Assembly (NCBI RefSeq): GCF_001194135.2
Contig: NC_068994.1
Location: forward strand, 23,408,478 to 23,441,724
Direction: 5' to 3'
DNA: 33,247 nucleotides
From: Octopus bimaculoides
Lineage: Eukaryota
Each line of letters starts with the position of its first letter. The stretch's first letter is position 1. The notes under the pieces are model-generated. The model saw only the letters and a list, made by a program, of their open reading frames with translations, did no database searches and was not told the DNA's origin. The translations under genes were made by a program, and so were the position numbers. Positions 10,945-21,961 of this stretch are shown one piece after another.

Positions 10945-11048
10945 GCACGCGCGCACACATACATACACGTACATACGCTGAGACATATATGCGTGTGTGT
11001 GTGTGTGTGTATTATACATGTGTTTTATATATATATATATATATATAC
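10945..11048. repeat. (CA)/(GT)/(TA) microsatellite cluster
   Basis: Direct reading. Confidence 0.9.
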
Positions 11049-11199
11049 GGTAAAGGAGGGTATTGGATTAAACCAAATCCAAAGATACAGGTACTACCAA
11101 GTAAGTGCTGTATACCGGCTAGTTATGCCCCAATCGTTGTATAAACAGGATTGGGGATTATAAGGATTATTTACAAGGATTATTTACACGGATACTTAC

Positions 11200-11402
11200 T
11201 ACTGGAATGAAGCTACACTCCAAGTACTGTTCTTTCTTTCTTTTTTCAGCGCATCACACTCACTCTCACTTCCTACTATAACTCTCCGCTTANNNNNNNN
11301 NNACACTCACTCTCACTTCCTACTATAACTCTCCGCTTATAGATATAAAAATCGATTCCTTTACTATTTCTGTCTCCGATGAAGGGATGCATTGGATCTT
11401 CC
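11200..11402 (-). CDS. Candidate internal coding exon (156 nt after collapsing the assembly duplication), product unknown
   Basis: Acceptor ...ctgtttcAG, perfect donor GTAAGT (11194-11199), open frame EDPMHPFIGDRNSKGIDFYIYKRRVIVGSESECDALKKERKNSTWSVASFQ, phase 2-2. Confidence 0.35.
11256..11339. other. 10-N assembly gap flanked by an identical 37-bp duplication (probable artefact)
   Basis: ACACTCACTCTCACTTCCTACTATAACTCTCCGCTTA at 11256-11292 and 11303-11339, either side of N 11293-11302. Confidence 0.85.
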
Positions 11403-11508
11403 CTGAAACAGCTGTAAGACTCTGTCCATAAAATATATTTCTAACTTTACCATTGTTATACATATATATATATATTAACATACATAAACGCATATATTCA
11501 CATATATA

Positions 11509-12300
11509 CGGGGTGCGTTCAAAAAGTATCCGACATTTTTTCGTCAAAAACTAAAGAATTTTACTACGTGGGAAAAATCCTTTGGGTGGGAGGTGACACC
11601 ACCCTTCTTGCGCATCCATGAAAACTTTCGCGCCGGTTGGCTGCGTCAGTTCCCGGCTGTTACGCCTAGAGTACAGACTTGTAGTGCGCGCTTCGATTTT
11701 CGTTTTCACCGAACGCATCAAGTAGAAATATTACACCAAATTTTAAGAAATATTGCGCCAAAATCCTGATGATACCCAAGTTCATACCATCCAAAAGATG
11801 CATTCTTAGATCAAGAAGTAGTACAAACGCATCAAACATGGCCGCATCTGAGTAGAGAGCGAGGCACGCTCAGGCAGACCAGCCACGTGCCGAAACGGGG
11901 AGCCGATCGAGAATTTCAGCGAATAACCATGGAAAACCGCCTAGTAACAACTCAGGAAATTGCACACGAAGTGGAAATAAGGACAGAATTAATGTATTCC
12001 ATTTTAACGGAGGATTCGTGTATGCGGAGAATGTCGGCGAAATTCTCCCCCAAGGGACTGGCGGAGCAGCAGAAACAAACTCACATAGAAATAGTTCAGG
12101 ACATGTTAGACTGTGCAAAGCATGAGCCAAACTTCCCGAAGACCATCATCACTGGTAATGGGACATGGGTTTGTGGTCTCTGCTCGATGCGTGCATTACA
12201 CGTCTATATTCTAGGTGTAACAACCAGAAGTGATGAAGCCTACAAACGCGAAGATTTTCCCGCGTGCGCAGGAAGGGTGGAGTTAATCTCCTACTCAAAG
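11509..12300 (+). mobile_element. Mariner (Tc1/mariner) transposon derivative with truncated transposase
   Basis: TA|CGGGGTGCGTTCAAAAAGTATCC left end; transposase relic ARSGRP...ILTEDSCMRRMSAKFSPKGL...IITGNGTWV (degenerate WVPKLL- and ITGDETW-type motifs); sequence after the first catalytic-Asp motif is missing; inverted arms at 11580-11696 and 12184-12300. Confidence 0.9.
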
Positions 12301-13515
12301 TATTGTTTAGACTACTCAAAGCTCACACATAAAGCTATAGATATTACCATATTGGGTTTTAAGTTTAAAAGCAAAATAAGGTACAGAAAATTTACGCTTA
12401 AAAATAAAATAAAATGAATAAAGTCCAAAAGGAAGAATTCGAGTATAAGATAAGTAAGTGCTGTAAGTATAAAGTTATATATTTGTAAATTATTTCACTA
12501 GAAATATGTCAAAGGAATATTTATCCATAATAAATATCGAGACCAAATAATATCAAGAAAAATGCAAGTATATCTGGACAGGGATAGACCAAGACTACAT
12601 AAAATAGATGCAAATGAAATGAAAGCAAACTATTATCTAATACGTGTAGAACATATAGATCTATGGTAAAATGCGAGCGCTTTCTGCAATCGATATTTAC
12701 AAAAAACTATTTTATCTCACTGTCGATTCACAAGGTGGTTGTTACTCTCGCATTATATTTCAATAGATTCTTTCTAATAGATATCACATAGAAAGCGGCT
12801 ACATTGGTAAGGCCTTCTAGTTTTAATAGTAGTTCAAGTAACATTATAAGAAATGGTATTGTCCTTGGGATTCTATATAAAATTTGCTGATGAATTGATA
12901 TTTTGCATTTGACAGAAGAAAGTGAACAAAATAACATCTTTTAAAGTCAGATGAAGATTCACTATATACTGTAGTTAAATTATGTGTCTATTATGTACGG
13001 TGCGTCTATGAACGATATTACTTCTCAGGTAGAAAACGTTCAAAAGGCATCTATTAGGTCATGTTAAATTTTTATAATCGCCAGTCCTGTTATTATTATT
13101 ACCCACATTAATGTTTATATAGCCAATCCTGTTATTAACACTACATATGCTTATTACTATTGCTATTAACGTGAATATGACCATCCTGACTATTACAATG
13201 AATAGGCAAGCTACTACCGTTTTTTATTTACATAGCTAATATATTAGGGCAAGATAAATTCTTAAGTGCATTTCTATTATTCATATTTCTACTCTTAAAT
13301 TTAATTTCAGTTCCGTGAAATTGCAGTACTAAAGAATCATGCTACGAGTAATGCAGTTGTCATCATTAATACTAATATCACCATTATTGTCACCAATCTC
13401 AGTATCATCGTCATAACCCCTGCTAATATCGTAATCATAATTCTAGTTATTATTATGTTTTTATATTATTGCAATCTTCTTGTAATCTATATTGTTTTCT
13501 ATTTATATTGTTTTC

Positions 13516-13592
<77 letters not shown>
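13516..13592. repeat. (ATT)n microsatellite
   Basis: Direct reading. Confidence 0.99.
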
Positions 13593-13595
<3 letters not shown>

Positions 13596-14140
13596 AGTGA
13601 GAAAGCAGAGCATGTCATCAAAGTGACACTGGGGTAAAAATATACCCATCATGACTACCCGTCTGATAAGGGTACACCAGGCACATGCATCATAACCATA
13701 TGTGCGTGACATGGTGATCTCATATCAAGATAAACAGCGCATGACCTCGCAGGTGGGGCCTAGTTAGAATTTTCTTCAGGTCGAGTAGCCCATGCCGCTC
13801 AAAAGGTCCCTGAATAAGGTTTGTTTAAGGATGTTGAGCAAAACACTCATGTTTCCAAAAGGTGAATTATTCAAACCTCAAAGAATTCCTTTCAACACAT
13901 GGCTATAATGATCCCCCACTACTTCTGTTCGTGATCAGAGATGCACATATCATCAGCCACCAAGGGACATGCTCAACTGGTTTAAGGTCAACCAACTGAC
14001 AAGCAAATCTGTGGTATTAAGCAGAATATTTGCTGTAGCCCATCTTTTTACACCAAGACAAAACAATGTACATGATAACACTTCCAATCAATTAAGATCA
14101 GAAACCATGTGAGCCACTGCCTGGTACTGCATCCGGGCAT
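13593..14140. mobile_element. ~550-bp non-coding interspersed element embedded in (ATT)n
   Basis: GC-richer block with sharp boundaries, flanked on both sides by ATT arrays; recalled from memory as a frequent Octopus repeat; class unknown. Confidence 0.6.
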
Positions 14141-14149
14141 TTATTATTA

Positions 14150-14213
<64 letters not shown>
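14141..14213. repeat. (ATT)n microsatellite
   Basis: Direct reading. Confidence 0.98.
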
Positions 14214-16505
14214 GATTTCGATTATTATCACTACTCTGATTAGTGCTGTCTTTTAGGCCAAGATTACATCTGTTAGAGGTGGAAATAATTGATTAGAGAT
14301 TATGGTGCAGCAGAGTGGATATTTTTTTTTAGTTAATATGTTAAATCTTGAGTGATATTTAGAAGTTTGAAATTAGACTTTGGAATACTGAAAAATAATT
14401 TCGGCATGATTTAACGCGTAAGTAGGCCAGCGGTCTAAATTATAGAGCCCAACGTTTCCTATTCCTACTATGCTCTCGTAGACATTTTTGGATAAGTGTA
14501 GACATCTTACGAACAACGTATTGTTCTTCCCTGAGCAGTCAATATTATAATTAGTCACATGCATAAACGGGATAGACATATAGTTGTCCGCAATATTACG
14601 TATAAGAAAGATTTATTTTACCGGATGATCTATTGAGAGTGAAAATTAGACGAACCTGAATTATTAGTATTAGACATATTAACTAAATTAGGATTGGTTA
14701 TTGTTGGCATATTGTGTGGAGTTAATAATGTTAAGAATATTCTGAACTTTGTGTTCGGTATGTACTTTATTTTATCAGAGCCCCCCACCAACAAGCAAAG
14801 CTTGATTATAATAATGAGCATGGCTATCGAATATATCTTCATTAGCGGAGAAGGTAGAGATTCTAACAGATATATTGTATCATTAAAGAGAGATCTATAG
14901 CGATTAACTTCAACATTCATATATTTGTTAGGTTAATCAAAGGGATAATTTAAAGATGTGTTTAAATCTAAAGTGATACCCCCAAAATTTGCTATTTTAC
15001 ATCTAGTGTCGAAATTAATTGATAGATTATAATTACTGAAAAAAGTATAAAACTTTTCTAACATGCTTCAAACCAAATTTAGAAAGCCCTGTGACAAATG
15101 GAAGAGCATTATCTCTATAAAGACCATCCCTATAATTTTAAAAATGTAACTGGAGTTGAAAAAACAGGCCAACGTAATCGGTAACTTGTACAGAATTAGA
15201 CGATTCCATTGTTATATCAAATATCATTATTTGATATTCTACACCATGTCTTGTTGAAAGAAAAAAGTGTTAATATCTAAAGGAGAGTGGTATTAGTTTC
15301 CAAGCGAAAATGAGAACTTTAAGCAAATAAGAGAAACAAAGGAATAATAACTGCTAATGTCTAACTGCAAGAATGAGGAATTACTTTTATTTTGGAGGAG
15401 ATAGAAAGTTATTATCTCACCTGTATTGGATCAAAGGTTAATCATAAGTTTTTCCTTAACTACCTGAAACAATTTTACTAATTCGCATAAGGTCGGATTT
15501 AGTGAGGCAAATGATTCTCATAGAATGTTTGATGATGAAGTCGGCCTTGTGATCTTTCAAACTAAAGTGAGGAGGTCTATGGCTGAGTCTTGTTCTCAAC
15601 TTATAATTTTCTAACGATTTCACAATACTGGTGATTGATTTTATTCAGAACTGATTGATCCACAGTTTTGTAGTTTTCACTCAGTTCCTTAGCTGTAAAG
15701 GTGCGATTTTATTTCGCAGAAAGAGCATATAATTGCCGGTCTTGTCGAAGAAATTATGTAGATTAGGTAACCGTTTAACATTTAGATAGTTATAGATAAT
15801 TCCTTTTGGTAAGCATTCAAATGTTTAGAAAATTTAATGTTCTTCACCGTATTTAATAGATCAAATTCGAAAACTGATTATGCAAAGAATTTTTATAAGA
15901 TTTAAGATTAAACGAATTACTATATTCATGGAAAAAGGCATGCACCTGCATCCGTCTTATTACGTCATTAGTTTTCGTGAAAGAAGTATCAAGTAAGTAT
16001 TCGAAGATGGAATAGGGATTCTGCTAGAAATCGCAGTCAAGCCACCCTCAAACTATATTTTCTGTCTTACGTATATAGACATATATGTGTGAATCAACTT
16101 CTCTGTTTATAGTAGTGGTGATACAAATATAACCCAAATCTTCCTCAAATTACATCCCACTGTTTTTATATATGTATAAGCTAGGGTTGGAGTCACTGTA
16201 GGGTATCTCTGCTTGACAGAAATAACAGTAAGTCACCTCTGAAATAATATCTTACTATCTTATGTAATTTCAATATAATACCAGTTTATATTTTGGTCAC
16301 GTCAGTGAGTCCTCTTTCTTTTTCTGTCACGATATAGGTACATATAAAGTTTAATATTTTATGTTAAAATTATATCAGGTTTTAGAATGATAAAAGACCC
16401 AATAGATTTAGATATAAAAATAAATATTGTAATAAAGATATGTAATACATACATAAATCAACAGTTCCTAGTAAGATGGTTGCACAAAGAAAATTGCAGT
16501 GATGT

Positions 16506-16545
16506 ACTTACCTGCAAGAGAAAGAAACAATTGATACAGATTAGC
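16506..16545 (-). promoter_or_regulatory. Candidate recursive splice site (3'SS abutting 5'SS)
   Basis: Minus strand: ggCTAATctgtatcaattgtttctttctcttgCAG|GTAAGT. Confidence 0.4.
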
Positions 16546-16839
16546 CAACAATAATGAAACAAAAAATTGGACTAAGTAGAAGAAAGGCATTAAAATAATT
16601 TGAACAATTTTCGATTGCATTACTACATTCTCTACAATATTTTATTCACTTCAGTAATATCAACCCGACACCAATTTGCTATTAATCTTTCAAAGTTATA
16701 TATCAGGTGATCAATTTGAGAAATTATGAATGCATTGGAGAAAAAATATATGTATAGAACTAAATAATGTATCTTTCTGGTTGTAAAACCAATACATTTC
16801 ATGCACTATTCGATGTAAATACTTACAGCTGGTAAAATC

Positions 16840-17033
16840 ACACACATGCACACACGTACACACACGCACGCGCGCACACACACACACACACACACATACA
16901 CACACGCACTCACACATGCATATGTACGCAAGCACGCCCCAACACATATACGCGTATATATGTACATGTGCACATGCATTTGTGCATGGATATCGGGTGT
17001 GCGCACACGCATGTCTGTATATGTATGTGTGTT

Positions 17034-17067
<34 letters not shown>

Positions 17068-17070
17068 ATT
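16840..17070. repeat. Degenerate (CA)/(TG) alternating purine-pyrimidine tract
   Basis: Direct reading. Confidence 0.9.
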
Positions 17071-17314
17071 TTAGAGACTCATGTGCTGCTAATGTAATTT
17101 TCAGGCAGAATCAGTGTGTGAAAAGACATGACTTGTAAAATGGCAGGTATGATCCATCTGACTGTCTTCCAAACAGTTTCCATCTAATTCATTTCACTGT
17201 TAAGATTGGACCGTTTGAAAGAAATTGTAAATGTCATACATCCAAGATGCCACGTAGTGAGGTCGAATACAGATGCTCAAGATCGCAAACTGAACTTCTC
17301 AACATGTCCGTCAT

Positions 17315-17470
17315 CGTATGTGTGTGTGCGTGTATGTACGTGTGTGTGTGTGTGAGTATGTGTACATTTATGTATGTGTGGAGCAAGGTATATCTGTGTA
17401 TGTATACATACACACACACACGTACACACCCACGTACACACCCACACCCACAACCCCACCCACAAACACG
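17315..17470. repeat. (GT)-rich then (CA)-rich microsatellite
   Basis: Direct reading. Confidence 0.9.
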
Positions 17471-17959
17471 CATAAAAGATCGTTAAGCAATTATATGTGG
17501 CATCAAAACAAGCATAAATATGTTACATAAACATAAATATCATTAAAACTAACTGAAAAGCTGCTCGATGGGGCTTTTAAGCAACTGACCCCGAATGGAA
17601 AGATCTGCAAAGAGAGAATTTGTTACAATTGCTTTCTCCAGAGCCATATCTCAATGATGATCACATTTGTCTCAAAAAATCACGTAAAACAAATTATCGA
17701 AAATAATCGCTGGATTTCGCAATTAATTTCGATTATTCTCAAAATTTATTTCCAAGTTATAAAAATTGTTATCGTACAAAAAAATTCGTCGCAAAAAATC
17801 ACGTAAAAAAATCGCCGAAAACAATCGCAGTAATGAAAACTTGAGAATCCAAAATTTCAGTATTGCGGGTCAGGATTGAACCTGGAATATTTTTCATTTA
17901 TTCACAGAGTCAGCCTGATCCCAAAATGGTATGATATGCTGGGCTATGACCTGTAGGAA

Positions 17960-18241
17960 TAAAGTGACACACTGACACACCGACATTTGCATTTAGTATA
18001 TTCGAAGAGTCATTGAATTGCGAGAGAGGGGTAAAGCATGAGAAATAGTAGAAGTGACATTGAATAGTGAGAGAAAGGGTCGACCAAGAGTGAAGAATAG
18101 TAGAAGAGTCATTGAATAGTGAGAGAGGGGTAAAGCATAAGGAATAGTAGAAGTGTCATTGAATAGTGAGAAAGGGGGTCGGAGGAGTAAAGTGTGATAC
18201 ACTGACACACGGACATTCGCTTTCGCATTTATTATTATAGA
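17960..18241 (-). mobile_element. Non-autonomous Helitron-like fragment with an internal ~100-bp tandem minisatellite
   Basis: Two copies of GAAGAGTCATTGAAT...GGGGTAAAGCAT...GTAGAAGTG...GGGTCG, bracketed by two ACACTGACACAC(C/G)GACATT motifs; minus strand starts TCTATAATAATAAAT. Confidence 0.5.
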
Positions 18242-18468
18242 AAAAGATAGTATACTGTAGATATAAGATGTTACATAAAAAATATAGTTAAGAAGAAAAA
18301 AGTTAATTCAGTGACATCTTTACAGCTGTTTCAAAAATTATGCAAACAGATGTACATTATGGTGCAAAAAAATATAGTGAAAAGTCAAAACATATAATAA
18401 TGATTTTATTAATCGATTCAAACTATAAGCGTTCCATTACTGGACGTTTTGATTTGAAGAAAGATAAA

Positions 18469-18753
18469 TGTAGTAATCGTGCATACGATTACTAGATAAA
18501 TCTAGTAATCATACATATAAAGTGATAGACTGGTCCGAGTAAAGTATAAATAGTAACGATCCAAGTGAGTTCAAGGTTGAGAGTTTGGAGTCGATTGAAG
18601 TTCGTGTTAGTTCGCAGTGAAGTCAGAAGGTGTCGGTTGGTTAGTTCACAAGGAATATTGATTTTTGGTTCGTAAAGAGATTTGTTAGTTCATTACATTG
18701 TTTTTATAGTTGTCTGTTTATCTTATTTATTGTACGTAACAAATAACGTTACA
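18469..18753 (+). mobile_element. Putative 5' LTR of a Ty3/gypsy element
   Basis: Begins TGTA and ends TTACA, with TATAAAT at ~18545; followed within 5 nt by the PBS. Confidence 0.6.
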
Positions 18754-18758
18754 TCATC

Positions 18759-18771
18759 TGGCGACGAGGGT
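18759..18771 (+). promoter_or_regulatory. Primer-binding site complementary to the tRNA-Ser 3' end
   Basis: TGGCGACGAGGGT is complementary to ...ACCCUCGUCG-CCA, the 3' end of eukaryotic tRNA-Ser(GCU). Confidence 0.75.
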
Positions 18772-18834
18772 TTCGAAGCTCGCGTAGATTATTTGTTGTA
18801 TCACAATTTGTTCATGATATAATTTGTTAAATAA

Positions 18835-20150
18835 TAGAAGACATATTAGCTTCCATAGTACAGTTGAAAAAGCAGCAATAAGAGCAGCAACAGGAGTTGC
18901 AAAACTATTACAGCAACAACCACAGAGCTATTACAGCAGAAACAGCAACAACAACAACAACAATAACAACAATTATTAGAGCTATATTCAAAGATGTCCA
19001 AAAATGAGATAGGTTCGTTTTCGCCAGACGGCGTTTCGAACTCTATTGATGAATTCTGTTATAACTCAAAGGAGAGTATAACTTTTGAGTCGTACAAGAG
19101 AAGATACGAGGAGATTTTTAAAAGATTTCAAATCATGGTTGGACAAATAAAAAGTGAGATTGTTATTGCGAAAATTAGCCCCGTCAGAGCATGAACGTTA
19201 CTGTAACTTCATATTGCCCCCAAAACCCCAATGAAATTTGTTTTTAAGAAACAATAGAATTACTGTCTAACATATTCGATGATTAAACGTCTATGTTTAA
19301 CACCCTAATGGAGTGTTGGAATATAACGAAAAAAGAGAATGATTTTATCACATACGCAGAATCAGTCAACAAGATTTGTGAAAGTTTTAAACTCAAAGAA
19401 CTTAAACCTGAGATCCCCAAGTGTCTTATCTCTGTACAAGGCTTTACAACAAGCGAAGATACAAAAATTTGGGCAAGAATCCTTTCTAAATTGGAACAAG
19501 CGAACCAAGATCTAACCTACAGTCAATGACAGAAGAATGCCAAAAGATGGTAAACCTGAAACACAATGTAGAAAAAATTCAAGAAAAGGATTCCTCAAAA
19601 ATACAGATCCGCCTACCGGAAAAGTACAACCAAAAAAGAGTGCCACGTCCTAATCCATGTTATGGATGTAGAGGCATAAATTTCAGAAAAGACTGTCTGT
19701 TTAAATATCAAAAATGTTACGATTGCAAAAAAATTGGTCTCAAGAGTTCACAAAATAACGACGGTCAAACGTTAAAAATTCTAGAGTCCTCTCAGCCGAA
19801 ACAAAAATCACTCCCAAATAAGAAAATTCGTACACGTAAAAGTAAATGGGATATATATTAAACTTCAATTGGATACTGGAAGCGATATTTCAGTAATAAA
19901 TATGGACATATGGAAGAAAAACAGCGAAATCTGCTTGTAGCGTGACGGGCGACAAATTTCATTTCATAGATGAACTGTGAACTAATATCACATTTTAAGG
20001 GAAAACATGCAAGGTGAACATCTTCGTCGTTAAAAATGCAACCAATCTGTTGGGCACCGATTGGTTAGAATTATTCGATTTATGGGACCTCCCCATAAAT
20101 CTCTATTGTAAAAACGTAAACGGTTGTCACTGTAAAAATAATTCGTCAGA
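18835..20150 (+). mobile_element. Degenerate gag-protease of a Ty3/gypsy (Mag-like) LTR retrotransposon, 3'-truncated
   Basis: Q-rich leader, FSPDGVSNSIDEF...TFESYKRRYEEIF, two degenerate zinc knuckles (CYGCRGINFRKDC, CYDCKKIG), protease IKLQLDTGSDISVI (DTG at 19872-19880) and NLLGTDWLELF; many stops and frameshifts; no RT or integrase. Confidence 0.9.
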
Positions 20151-20272
20151 AGAGGTCGACTTTGCCTTTCATCCTTTAGGGGTCGATAAATTAAGTACCA
20201 GTTGAACACGGGTCGATGTAATCCCCTTCCCCAAAACTGCTGCCCTTGTGACAAAATTTGAAACCATTATTA
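20151..20272 (+). mobile_element. 5'-truncated tRNA-derived SINE
   Basis: GAGGTCGACTTTGCCTTTCATCC...GTCGATAAATTAAGTACCAG...CAAAATTTGAAACC, same family as 8539-8740. Confidence 0.9.
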
Positions 20273-21612
20273 TGATTACTAGTGTTTTTAGATTAAGTTT
20301 ACGTCTGTTAGAAGCTGCGATTTAGGGATCCATCACTAGATGCAGTAGAGTTGAATATTTTTATAGGTGTTAAATATTGAATGATATTTCAGTTGAGGTT
20401 GGAAATTAGAGTCTAGAATGTTGACGAATTATTCCGGTATGATTTAACTTGTAAGCTAAATAGAGACGTAAACCAGAGAATCTCGCGTTTCCTTATTCCT
20501 ATCATACCCTCTTCGATGTTTTAGATTAGGATAAGAAACTTGAGAACACATTTCATTCTTACCTAGGTCGTCACAAGAAGAGACAGTGAGTAGATTGCCA
20601 GCATAAATATTACCGTTTAGGGAGAATGGGATTTATTTTACGGGAAGATCTATGTGAGCATTCATGTTATTATTAGCAATAACGTTTTTAGTATTATTAT
20701 TAGCAATAGGGTTGGCTACAGTTGACATATAGTGTATAGTTATCTTTATCATCATTTACTTGACCTGTGCGTTTCTTATAGCCACAGGACTATTTTCCCA
20801 TCATGATGATAAACCCACAAATTCTATTACTATTATTGCTTGATAACTCTTTTAGAGCGAAACATACCTACGTTTTTCAACGATTGTTATTACTAAATTA
20901 TATTGTCGTTCTTGTTTCGTTAATCTATACCCGAACAACTTCATGTGGAGGACGCTGTCAAATTGAATAATATTATCGATAAGGCATCGAAATTGTAATG
21001 ATTTTTGGTCGATAACTGATGAGAGATGAACGTGTCTACGTACACTCCTTTTCCCCCCTGTTTTCCGAATGTTCTTTTGTCGTTGTCCTGTGTTCATATT
21101 TCAGTATAGGAAAATATTTTGTTGTAACTCTGGAAATACTATTGCAGATGCAAATAGCAAGAAGGCTCAATATAAATAAAATGGTTTATTACTATAATAC
21201 ATACAATGATATATAAATATAATTTCTACCAAGAAACATTTGAGAATCAAGCTATATTTGTTGATCAACATATATTCATGTATACAATATCTAAACGATA
21301 TACTGTCTCTGCACACACTGTTTCTGGCGATTACGTTGTAATTTTGTGGGAAACTCAGCAAAGACAACCCTAGTTCTTTCCTGCTACTTTGTCTAATTAT
21401 TTCGTTTCCTGTCTTACGATGTATACAAACAGCAACTTACGCGATCTCTGTGATTCTGCTGACAAACGCATCACGCAACTATAAATTTCGATGGCAGTCA
21501 GAAATACACCTTGTTTGGAGATATTTGAATGTCTGGTTCGAGTTTACTTTCAACTGTTTGTTTCTTCGTATTCGTTGCATTTATTTGTGTATGTGTGTGT
21601 GCGCGTGTGATG

Positions 21613-21620
<8 letters not shown>

Positions 21621-21650
<30 letters not shown>
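21621..21650. repeat. (TA)n running into a gap
   Basis: Direct reading. Confidence 0.95.
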
Positions 21651-21961
21651 NNNNNNNNNNNNNNNNNNNNNNNNNNNNNNNNNNNNNNNNNNNNNNNNNN
21701 NNNNNNNNNNNNNNNNNNNNNNNNNNNNNNNNNNNNNNNNNNNNNNNNNNNNNNNNNNNNNNNNNNNNNNNNNNNNNNNNNNNNNNNNNNNNNNNNNNNN
21801 NNNNNNNNNNNNNNNNNNNNNNNNNNNNNNNNNNNNNNNNNNNNNNNNNNNNNNNNNNNNNNNNNNNNNNNNNNNNNNNNNNNNNNNNNNNNNNNNNNNN
21901 NNNNNNNNNNNNNNNNNNNNNNNNNNNNNNNNNNNNNNNNNNNNNNNNNNNNNNNNNNNNN
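21651..21961. other. Assembly gap (311 N)
   Basis: N run. Confidence 1.

Noticed and set aside
11256-11339. 37-bp direct repeat as a biological tandem repeat or TSD
   Set aside because: Identical copies flanking a 10-N placeholder are typical of unmerged contig overlaps.
14630-14920. Minus-strand ORF containing a signal-peptide-like MKIYSIAMLIIIIKLCLLVGG
   Set aside because: Hydrophobic stretches are expected from AT-rich codons; there is no good donor site or downstream support.
11250-15770. Plus-strand multi-exon model (11250-11413, ~12767-12806, ~14650-14757, ~15720-15767) ending in a hydrophobic segment
   Set aside because: The phases can be made to fit, but the key acceptor at ~14650 is poor, the first exon is the antisense frame of the better minus-strand candidate, and no homology is recognisable.
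17960-18241. CRISPR-like repeat-spacer array
   Set aside because: Eukaryotic context, degenerate units and no unique spacers; it is a minisatellite.
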